64,000 nt of DNA, taken from assembly GCA_964016885.1 (NCBI GenBank), contig OZ024740.1:30752001-30816000 (forward strand), given 5' to 3'. Origin of the DNA: Eledone cirrhosa. Lineage: Eukaryota. The position numbers and the translations under genes are program-made. Under the pieces are notes generated by a model that saw nothing but the letters and a program-made list of their open reading frames with translations, searched no databases and was not told where the DNA came from. Shown piece by piece: positions 54,352 to 64,000 of this stretch; within the stretch, counting starts at the first letter, position 1; the number at the start of each line of letters is the position of its first letter.

Positions 54352-54466
54352 TATACATTGTCTTTAGCTTGCATTACATTGGCAACATAACTTTATTACA
54401 TAAAATGCTGTCTGATGATCTCGTGTTATTGGTTGCATGATCGAGGCATCGCCTGATCATGAATGC
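54071..54466. repeat. Inverted repeat with ~108-bp arms
   Basis: 54071-54178 is close to the reverse complement of 54358-54466. The spacer contains TG/TA/CA microsatellite. Confidence 0.85.
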
Positions 54467-54577
54467 ATTATTTTGCTTTATTTAAAGACTACACGCTCTA
54501 AGTTAACGTCGAGTGCTTGATTCTAATTGCATCATTATTCACTGATTGGGGTACTTCCTACGGAACCCTGATTAGTC

Positions 54578-54579
<2 letters not shown>

Positions 54580-54663
<84 letters not shown>
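54580..54663. repeat. (CA)n microsatellite
   Basis: Direct reading. Confidence 0.98.
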
Positions 54664-54666
<3 letters not shown>

Positions 54667-55278
54667 TTGAGTTTGTTTGTTTGTAAGTATATTTGCTGCG
54701 TGTGTGTGCGTGTACGATCGTCTTAGATGTCTAGTCGTTCTGTCCGTTCATGTCGTTGTTTTGTTGTTTTATTGCATGACATAGAAAATACATAATGATA
54801 CGTTGTTCACAATTCTGTGTCGATATCAACGATAACGATAGATTAACAGATTTCTTTTGACTGTTTAATAGTGGCTTTGTTTTGAGCAAAGTTGTCGCGC
54901 AAAGCTGTATGGCCGCCAGTCTTGCTTTATACGGAGCATAAGTAGCGTCAGTTTGTCCGATAAATGTAGGACCAGGATTGTGAAGATAGCCTTATAACTG
55001 GTTTATAATAAACTGGTTAGCTGAAACGAGAGACGATAGTTTGTCTTTTTTCGAGCAGCAGGTAAACGTGGAAGGAGAGAAAAAAAAATCGATGTCATCA
55101 ATATATTGAGCAGCTATAAGTTTAGTCTGTTAATGGTTGTGTATGTTTGGGGACAGTCACGTTGATATACGTGAAACCTGCATACATACTTAGAAGTGCA
55201 TTCACACACACACACACATGTATTATATATGACATATATATGTGTGTGTATATATATATATATATATATGTGTGTATA

Positions 55279-55323
<45 letters not shown>

Positions 55324-55461
55324 ATGTATGTATATATATATGTATATGTATGTATTATATATGTATATGTATGTATATATATATAAGTATATATATATGT
55401 ATATATATGTATATATATATATATATATATTATATGTATATATATATTATATATATATATA

Positions 55462-55502
<41 letters not shown>

Positions 55503-55560
55503 TGTGGTTACCTCCGATTCAACCCGGAATAACTTACCTATATATATATATATATATATA

Positions 55561-56018
55561 TTGTTATACTTTGGGAGGGTCATGTTGCCAATAAGAAACA
55601 CACGCACCAGTTGTTTTCACTTCAATTTATTATAAATTAAATTTATAAATTTAGGAATTTATAAATTTCCGGTTGGCTGGTTGGTTCCACAACCAGAGGA
55701 TTGTTCATATATTGTCAAAGTTCTTTCGTCACACATTCTGTGACCTCTTCAGTGACTGGGGATTCTTTTCTTTGTTTTTGTGCCTCTCCTTTGTTCTGTC
55801 CTACGCCATCTTGTTTTTGTGTGTGTTGAACAGGTCACAGAATGTGTGACGAAAGAACTTTGACAATATATGAACGATCGTCTGGTTGTGGAACCAACCA
55901 ACCAACCGAAAATTTATAAATTCCTAAATTTATAAATTTAATTTATAATAAATTGAAGTGAAAGCAACTGGTGCGTGTGTTTCTTATTGGCAACATGACC
56001 CTCGCAAAGCATAACAAT
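55561..56018. mobile_element. Two inverted pLTR copies of the 58-59 kb PLE
   Basis: 55561-55826 (minus) and 55832-56018 (plus) both match 59190-59460. Confidence 0.88.
55714..55756 (-). ncRNA. Minimal type I hammerhead (copy of 59263-59305)
   Basis: Minus strand reads gtca-CTGAAGA-ggtcacagaatgtgtgac-GAAA-gaac-TT-tgac. Confidence 0.8.
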
Positions 56019-56074
56019 ATCGGTTTCAACACACGTTTTCAGATAACGAATCTTGCTAAACAAATTCAGAAACG

Positions 56075-56117
<43 letters not shown>

Positions 56118-56280
56118 TACACATATATACGTGTGTGTGTGTGTGTGTCTGTAATTCGTTCTCGTGTTACATATGTGTGTCTATGTCTGCGTTTGTGTGT
56201 GCCTGTTCTCGTGTTACATATGTGTATGTGCATGTTTTTGTATATAGACATACGTATGTATATTATTACACATAGTTACG

Positions 56281-56426
56281 TCCAGCATAGTTACGTCCCT
56301 TTACGATCTGAGTTCAAATCCCGCCGAGGTTGACTTTGCCTTTCATCCTTACGGGGTCGATAAAATAAAGTACCAGTAATGCACTGCGTAATTGTTGGTC
56401 TTGTGCCTAAAGTAGAAACAATTATT
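56281..56426 (+). mobile_element. 5'-truncated SINE family A
   Basis: B box, central domain and tail. Confidence 0.88.
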
Positions 56427-56879
56427 ACACATGTGTATATGCGTATATACGTGTGTGTGTGTGTTTGTGACCCAGCGTGTGTGTGTGTGTGTGTGCATGC
56501 AAGTGTACGGCTGTTTTGTAACGGAAATAAACAAAGGAGGAGTGGGAAGTGATCAAATAGAAGAAGGAGGCTTGATCTAGAGACACATTGGCACTGGTTT
56601 ATTTATAAGGGATCAACATCATTGCCTGAACAACCGACAACATTACCATCACCACCACCGCCACTTATGTTTAGATCGAAAGGGAGGCAGAGAGAGAAAG
56701 GGGGAGAGAGGTGAGGAAGAGGATGGGGGAGGGAAACAGAGAGAATGAGTAATGATGAGAAGTAAACAGAAAGTGAGAGAAAATAGTGAAGAAATAAAGA
56801 TATGTTTATGTGTGTGTGTATAAACAAGCATATATATATATATATGAGTGTATATATATATATATATATATTTAAATAT

Positions 56880-57210
56880 ATAAAAGTATGTATACGTACA
56901 TACATATATGTATACAGACGTACAGTAGTATGTATATATATATATACATACATGCACACATATATATATATATATATATATGTACGTATGGATTTACCGA
57001 ACATTTATTATAATGCTCGGTGTGTTTGTAAACAAACATCCCGAATTAAGCCGTACAGTGTTTAGCAACCATTGTTGCCCTTTTGTTCAACACTGACAAA
57101 GGAACGATGTACTAGTTTCAAGCTTATTAGCTATCGTCAGCACCGTATACCTTCCTGCCAGATGGTTGAACGTCTGAAAGTATATACTTTCCTTTTGCAC
57201 ATTAACGGAC
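56880..57210 (-). mobile_element. Hammerhead-containing non-coding element, family C
   Basis: Contains the 57104-57146 hammerhead, then AATAAA, TA spacers and the block tactactgtacgtctg. Pieces recur at 48434-48865 and 59720-59880. Confidence 0.75.
57104..57146 (-). ncRNA. Minimal type I hammerhead ribozyme
   Basis: Minus strand reads acggtg-CTGACGA-tagctaataagctt-GAAA-ctag-TA-catcgt. Palindromic stem III ACTAGT, GUA site. Confidence 0.9.
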
Positions 57211-57442
57211 ACAAATGGAAGTACAGCATATTCGAAGCTCGAGCCGCAGCTAAGCCGACGAATGCATTCAGAAGTGCAGCCAAGCACTCGACAAGGTATA
57301 GACCTCAGAGTAATAACATACAGTTTAAAGGGCTTTGCAAATTGAAGATAGCAACCGGTAATTCAGTCGCGGGGTCCGTAGCAACGAAAGAACTGACTCG
57401 CGAGAAAAAATACATACATATATACATATACATGTATATATT

Positions 57443-58029
57443 CTATTCTAGGGCGGGTAAAATTCCCGAGATCTATGGACGAGTTCTCTCCAGCGGTCTC
57501 TGTTCCTCATTATCGCTGCCATGTCCTGCGTCTCCAACAGACCAGTGTCTGTCCTTAGGGCATCAACATACGTTAACCTTGGTCTTCCACTTCTAGTGTG
57601 TCCATGTAGGGGCTCCCACAGGAGCACTGAGTGCAATGTCAACTCTGGATGTCGGTGAGCATGTCCAGCTAACCTCAGTCTCCTCTGTGTCACTTTTGAG
57701 CTGACTTTTGGGAGGCTTCCATACAGCTCTGAGTTTTTCATCCTCAGTGTATACTGATTAATGTTCAGAGCCATCCTCAGCATTCTCGTGTAGCACCCAT
57801 CCACTATCTGAGTTAGTTTCTTGGTCAGTGTCCAAGTCTCAGACCCGTACAGCAGCACAGACTCCACTACAGCAATGAAGAGGCGGATTTTCAGGTCTTT
57901 GCGAAGGTCCGACTTCCACACCGATCTCAAGCTGTGGCACGCCGCCCAGGCTTTGCTCTTCCTCTCAACCACATCATCTTCCGTATTCCCAATCTTTGCT
58001 CCCAAATACAGGAAGTCCTCAACCAATTC
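57443..58029 (-). mobile_element. RTE-type LINE 3' fragment
   Basis: Open 192-aa C-terminal frame nearly identical to 38900-39476. Confidence 0.93.
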
Positions 58030-58111
58030 TAGTCTGTTTGACTATCCAAACGGAACCTGAACTATTAAGGTCTGATTCCTGGGTATGTCACTATTTATAA
58101 AACAAATTTTG

Positions 58112-58172
58112 TATTTTATCTGATGATAGCGTACCAAAGTTTTGGTACCCTTGAAATATATATAAGAGAATA
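58112..58172 (+). ncRNA. Type I hammerhead ribozyme
   Basis: tattttat-CTGATGA-tagcgtaccaaagttttggtaccctt-GAAA-tatata-TA-agagaata. One mismatch in stem I, palindromic stem III. Confidence 0.78.
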
Positions 58173-58317
58173 AATATGGTTTCATAAATATAGTATCCAT
58201 TTATTAATATCAGAAATATTGTCGAGAATATTTATTAATATCCAGAAATATTGTCGAGTGCTTCGAATCTGTTATAAATATATTTGTTGAATTATCAACA
58301 AATTAAATATCTCTTTG

Positions 58318-58352
<35 letters not shown>

Positions 58353-58363
58353 CGTTTCTGAAT

Positions 58364-59460
58364 TTGTTTAGCAAGAGGAGCCAAAACCAAATAGGAAAAA
58401 TGGTAAATAATGATACAAATGGGACCTGTCCTTTGTATAGGAGCAAATTTTGGAATAGAATAGAAAGAACTAAGAATAAGGTTAATAGAATAAACTTATG
58501 GTATGATAGCAATAAATACCAGAGTGTAATGTTCATCAATACAACCCCTAGAGGTGAATTAGCTTACAAATTTAGGAGGGCTCTAGATAAACATAAACTC
58601 AATATTAAGATAGTAGAAAGACCAGGTACCTCCATAAAAACACTTATTAGCAATGCATACCCTTTTCAAAGACCTCCCTGTATAAATAAGAAATGTATAA
58701 TCTGTAAACTAAGCCCCCATATTAACTGTAAAACTAAGAAATGTAGTATATGGCATAAGATGTACTGAAGGACAATGTAGAGATAAGAATATAGTGTACA
58801 TAGGTGAGACAGCTCGTAGTATAGGAGAACGGATAAATGAACACTGGCGAGAGCTTCAAGATAGTAAAGAATCATCTGTACTCCACCAACATGCTAAAAT
58901 AGAACATAAGGGTAAATTAGAGAACATAGAAATAAAAATAGAATCTACACACAGAAAAGACGCAATGTTTAGACAAATCACAGAGGCAATAAACATAAAT
59001 GAACTCCAACCAAAATTAAATAGAAAACATGAATGGAACAGCAACATCACAACTTACAATTAAGGACAAAATGAAAACACACACACACATAGAACAAACA
59101 ACCAACCAGTAACATGTAAATAAACAAATAAATAAACAAATATAAACACACACAGACACTCGGATGTAACACATGCGCAAACTAAGCACATAACACACAC
59201 AAAAACAAGATGGCGTAGGACAGAACAAAGGAGAGGCACAAAAACAAAGAAAAGAATCCCCAGTCACTGAAGAGGTCACAGAATGTGTGACGAAAGAACT
59301 TTGACAATATATGAACAATCGTCTGGTTGTGGAACCAACCAACCAACCGGAAATTTATAAATTCCTAAATTTATAAATTTAATTTATAATAAATTGAAGT
59401 GAAAACAACTGGTGCGTGTGTTTCTTATTGGCAACATGACCCTCCCAAAGCATAACAATA
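58364..59460 (+). mobile_element. 5'-truncated Penelope-like element (Naiad-like), linker + GIY-YIG + pLTR
   Basis: VMFINTTP, KIVERPG, C....C..C; after a 1-nt frameshift at ~58740 NVVYGIRC...YIGETARSIGERINEH...RQITEA...LNRKHEW, stop at 59063. Hammerhead in the pLTR, ends in (TA)n. Clade name is inference. Confidence 0.88.
59263..59305 (+). ncRNA. Minimal type I hammerhead ribozyme
   Basis: gtca-CTGAAGA-ggtcacagaatgtgtgac-GAAA-gaac-TT-tgac. Very short stem III, CUU site. Confidence 0.8.
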
Positions 59461-59555
59461 TATATATATATATATATATATATGCATGTGTGTATATAAT
59501 ATATATATGCTTGTATACATATATCTCTATATATATTTATACACACATATGCATA

Positions 59556-59595
<40 letters not shown>

Positions 59596-59609
59596 CACAC
59601 ATATGCATA

Positions 59610-59671
<62 letters not shown>

Positions 59672-59679
59672 CATGCATA

Positions 59680-59719
<40 letters not shown>

Positions 59720-59722
<3 letters not shown>

Positions 59723-59880
59723 GGAAAAAATGAAACGTTTATCATTTTCGATGCACCCGGCCGATTAACCCACTCGATATGCAAATTGGCTACTCAGCCG
59801 TTAATGTGCATGTATGTATATATATATACATACTACTGTACGTCTGTATACATATATGTATGTACGTGTACATACTTATA
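59720..59880 (+). mobile_element. Internally deleted copy of family C
   Basis: Matches the 48480-48560 and 48755-48805 blocks, joined across tgtgca with the hammerhead missing. Confidence 0.7.
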
Positions 59881-60084
59881 TATATATATAAGATAGAGAG
59901 AGAGAGGAAGTTGGGAAAGAAGATTTATAATAATCTCCCCTTCGGCTGTCAACGTCCATATGTTGGGAGATAAGACATGTAATTAAATGGCTACTGACGT
60001 GAAGCCAGAATAGTTTCCCCGAAATGTCTAACAGAAACAAAACTGCTTTAGATTGACATATTGCCGTGCGCCCGTCTGCGTCTG

Positions 60085-60362
60085 CGTGTACGTGTGTACG
60101 GTTGTATGTGTACATGTGTGTGTACGTGTACGTGTGTACGGTTGTATATGTGTATGTACGGTTGTATGTGTACGTGTACATGTGTACGGTTGTATGTGTA
60201 TGTGTGTGTACGTTTGTATGTGTACGGTTGTATGTGTACGTGAGTGTGTACGGTTGTATGTGTACGTGAGTGTGTACGGTTGTACGTGTACGTGTGTGCG
60301 GTTGTATGTGTACGTGTGTGTACGGTTCTATATGTACGTGAGTGTGTACGGTTGTATGTACT
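60085..60362. repeat. Minisatellite of tgtgtacg/gttgta words
   Basis: Direct reading. Confidence 0.9.
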
Positions 60363-60789
60363 TGTATTGTTTTGTTTTGCTTTCAGAATGAGCAATCTTG
60401 TGCTCGTCCTGCCGCTTGTTGTAGCATCTGTTTAGGGGGTAAGTGTCTGAGACACAACGTATCTAGGATCACATTCCAATGTAGCCTTTACCTTTTTGAG
60501 GGAGATTTAGCTGTTATTTCATGAAATATTTATCAAAATTATCTCTGCCTGTGTCATCGTTTGATCATAGGCCTACTTGAGTAGAATTGAGCAAGGGATA
60601 GTGTCCCAGACAAAATTTGACTTTGCTTTATTTAAAGACGACACGTTCTAATTTGAGGGAGATTTCGCTGTTATTTCTATCAGGTTGTTGTTGCTGTTCT
60701 GCTGTCCAACTCTCATCGACAAAACCTTTGATAGAAGATTTTCTAGCCCTGACTCCCCCTTCTTGTTTCCGGATATTGAATACTTAGAC

Positions 60790-61105
60790 CAGTGATTCCC
60801 AACGTGGGGTGAACGCCCCACAAGGGGGTAATTTGAATATTTAAGGAGGGAAATTTGAAAATGTTAATGAGAACAAACTTTAGGTTTTACCTTATTACTT
60901 TTACACCAAGATAACTTTGGTGCACATTACTGTCGGAAACTCTTGTCTCACCTCTTCCACATATATTATTGTGCATCTGGTACTACTTATACACCAATTT
61001 GTTTACACTTTACAGTTGATGCTTTCTGTTTTCATATCAAAGGAGTCCTAACAATTTTGTAGATGTTGAAGTGGGGCATGGTATACAAAAGGTTGGGAAC
61101 CACTG
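60790..61105. mobile_element. hAT-Charlie type MITE
   Basis: TIRs CAGTGATTCCCAAC / GTTGGGAACCACTG. Flanks acttagac and ctctggat resemble a diverged NTCTAGAN 8-bp TSD. Confidence 0.8.
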
Positions 61106-61584
61106 CTCTGGATCTACATTATTCACTATGTCAAACCTTTTCAAAAAGACAATCGGTTATAATGTGAAAAAGATTTGACTGGGGGGGGGGGGGGGGTTCT
61201 CTCTCTCTAGCAGGTCGAGCTGACACGTAGAGGCTCCCTGTATTATTTATGCTATTGTTGTTGATCTTGATTAAGGTTGGTTTTGATGAAGTAATTTTGA
61301 TTCGTTGTTACATGGTGTTGTTTGTTTCCATGCTGGCCCTGATTGAGCCTGCCTGTGATACGAACGTTTAAGTATGATTGATAGATCTATTGTCATAGAT
61401 ACATCATGCTTCCGTTTAGCTCTTAGACCACACTTCACATTCCAACATACAGTAGTTCATCGTATAGTTTACAGAGTGGTAGCCTGTACAAGTTTTAGCC
61501 TGTTAGTTTCTATAGTGATTTCTAGTTTAAGCACATACATAGCCAGCAAATTTAATGAAGGAGGGCAACATTGATTTAATCAAC

Positions 61585-61725
61585 TCCAGTACTTGCTACT
61601 TTATTTTATCGACCTCAGAAGGATGAAGCCAAAGTTTACTTCGGTGGTATTTGAACCCAGAATGTAAAGAGCCGAAATAAATACCGCAATAGCATTTTAT
61701 CCAACGTTCTACCAATTCTACCAGA
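61585..61725 (-). mobile_element. Diverged related tRNA-SINE
   Basis: ctactttattttatcgacctcagaaggatgaa...tttgaaccc...ctaccaattctaccag. Confidence 0.7.
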
Positions 61726-62020
61726 TCCAAAATCATTGTTAGTTTTTTTGTTTTTTTTTAATATTGAGAAGAATAACAGATAATTGATAAATATTTGAGA
61801 TTATGGAGTTGATATACGCTTCAGATTCTTCTGTTTAGTGATTGAAGGAAGAAACACGGGTAAAGAAAGTCGTAAAGTATTTGGGAGAAAACAAAGTGAT
61901 TAACATAGAATCCTTGATGGAACACTGATATAATGGAAGAAGAGTGATTAGTGCAACAAGAAACTTACTTCGGGGGTGATATATAACAAACAGGTTTAAA
62001 TAAAAAGAGACTGTTGTAGT

Positions 62021-62198
62021 AATAGTTGTTTCTACTTTTGGCACAAGGCCAGCAATTACCCAGTGCATTACTGGTACTTTATTTTATCGACCCCGTAAGG
62101 ATGAAAGGCAAAGTTAACCTCGACGGGATTTGAACTCAGACCGTAAAGGGACGTAACTACGCTGGAAAGCATGTCCGACCCTCTACCGATACTGCCAA
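62021..62198 (-). mobile_element. SINE family A
   Basis: Reverse complement of family A including A and B boxes. Confidence 0.9.
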
Positions 62199-62484
62199 GT
62201 AATAGTGACAGCGAATAGTCACAGCTCGGCGTTGATCCATAGATCAGGAAATATTCATAAGAAAATGCTTGCTTTTTTATTAGTGGTGGGAGGGGTTTGC
62301 TTATAATCTTAGCTACGTGTGGTTACAATGAAAGGTCATCCTTTATGATAAAGCCATGACTACGTGTTGCTCTGACAGGCATAGCCTTTATTGCTTGCAT
62401 ACGTATTTGTTGCGTTATAAATAATTTATGAGGTTCTAGTGTTGTAAATATGTCATCTTGAGATATTTAATATAGTGTATGTAT

Positions 62485-62672
62485 GTTGTTGTTGTTGTTG
62501 TTGCTGTTTAGCACCAGGCCTGTCATTTTCAAGCTGACAAGCTGCTCAAAAGCGGTCCTACCATGACGACCTCTTTTCAGACATAGTATATTTAGGGCTA
62601 CATTATCCAACGTGCCGTTGTTTTGACAGAAATTTGGTTGATATTTCTAGCAGGTCAAACGACCGCGTAGTT
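62485..62672. repeat. Old interspersed repeat (gagatttggctgctatttctagcaggtc-like family)
   Basis: Related words at ~29175, 60500, 60655, 61205 and 62630, with a (GTT)n end. Confidence 0.5.
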
Positions 62673-63316
62673 GCTGAATGAATACTAGGCTGTTAATGTC
62701 CATTACAATAAAGGGTGAGTACGCCTAATAAGAATTATTGAAGGCGCTGTGAATGACGCCTGTCCTCGGGTGGCGTGTATGAAGGTGATACAAACATTTT
62801 TCTATCACATACACCTACATTACACATTACATACGTTACCTCAATTATTTCTACCCAGAAACTACATCAACCACACCATTCTCACCTGGCCTTTGGGGGC
62901 TGCGTGTAATGGTTATTAGGCACAACTCCCATCTTTTAACTAATTAAAAAAAAACAATAAAAAATACTGGCTTGGACCTGATATTATAAGCATGCCATCA
63001 AATTGCGAGGCCTTTTATCGCGGTCACCTTTCAGATCCTCTTGTCCCAGGTCCCTATACTCCCTTCTCTGCTGAATCACATATAAGGAAGAAACTCCATG
63101 AAATGGAATGGCTGACACAATTTATATCGCTGGCTGATATCCATGGCAATGCTTTTGCCATCTTGTCCACGAGTCGTAACTAGGATATGTTGTTCAAAAG
63201 AGGGTATGAGGCTTGTACTTCCCCTTATATCTTTGCTATCCTTTGTATCTTACTCTAATTTTGTTATTATTATTTAAGAAGAGACGGTAGTCGTAGCATT
63301 ATTATACTTTATAAGA

Positions 63317-63500
63317 GGGCGGTGGATTGGCAGTATCGGTAGAGAGTCGGACACCATGCTTTGCAGCATAGAGTTACGCCCCTTTACGGTCTGAGTTCAA
63401 ATCCCGCCGAGGTTAACTTTGCCTTTCGTCCTTACGGGGTCGATAAAATAAAGTTCCAGTGAAATTGCTGGCCTTGTGCCTATACTAGAAATCCTTATTA
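63317..63500 (+). mobile_element. SINE family A, full head
   Basis: gggcggtggaTTGGCAGTATCGG...GAGTTCAAATCC...central domain. Confidence 0.9.
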
Positions 63501-63715
63501 TAAAAGCTTCCGATGTGTAGAAACGTCGCAGCACATTTTCGTCCTGCAATAACAATAATAAAAATTAGGCTGTGTGGTTACAATGTTAATATCATTAAAA
63601 AAACACACGAAAGCATCCGAAACTATGATGATCCCCAGATAAGCGGTAATTGTCCATGTGTTTGTCTATTCCGAGTTTTCTGTTTCCTATATTTTTCCCA
63701 CGTGTCTTTTTAATA

Positions 63716-63915
63716 ATGGTTTCTTATATAGGCACAAGGCCAGTAATTTGGGGGGAGAGGATTGTCGACTAAATCGACCCCAGTGTATTATTGGTGTTAT
63801 ATTTTATCGACCCCGTAAGAAGGAAAAGCAAAGCTAACCTCGGCGAGATTTGATCTCAGAACCTAAACGACCGTAACTCTATGCCACAAAGCATGTCCGA
63901 CGTTTTACCGATACT
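63716..63915 (-). mobile_element. SINE family A variant
   Basis: Reverse complement of a family A-like sequence with an extra internal segment. Confidence 0.8.
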
Positions 63916-64000
63916 CGGACAACATGCTTGGCGGTCTAGGTTCTGAGCAGTGGCGTCTCGTGGCTAAAATTAGTGGGGATGCTGCTTCAGAAGGTTTTAG

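Noticed and set aside
58364-59063. Selenocysteine (in-frame UGA) recoding, as reported for some Naiad PLEs
   Set aside because: The Cys positions in the visible part are TGT, and the break is a 1-nt frameshift, not UGA.
62992-63183. 63-aa ORF in non-repetitive sequence
   Set aside because: No recognisable motif and no clear splice donor.
63948-64000. Possible hAT-like TIR start (CAGTGGCGT...)
   Set aside because: The partner end would lie outside the window, so it cannot be supported.

Overview
Repeat-saturated animal genomic DNA with no convincing host protein-coding gene. The SINE/LINE/microsatellite content suggests an Octopus-like mollusc (inference). Bases 1-27.8 kb are a GT-rich pentamer satellite (TGTGG/TGTAG) with kb-scale higher-order repeats, interrupted by a 1.7-kb island of retroelement debris. 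The rest has very long (TA)n tracts acting as insertion sites for three distinct Penelope-like elements (RT/GIY-YIG), three copies of an RTE-type LINE, tRNA-derived SINEs, a hAT transposase relic and several MITEs. The main signal not shown by the ORF track is a dense set of minimal type I hammerhead ribozymes read directly from the sequence: nine with a complete core and stems I-III (seven different sequence families) plus about six truncated or degenerate ones. Two of them lie in non-coding units that look like retrozymes. One is a highly structured 310-bp tandem unit next to the assembly gap. The other is a roughly 450-nt family whose copies are circularly permuted. Almost all long ORFs in the track (HTT/VVWC, YI) are microsatellite artefacts.
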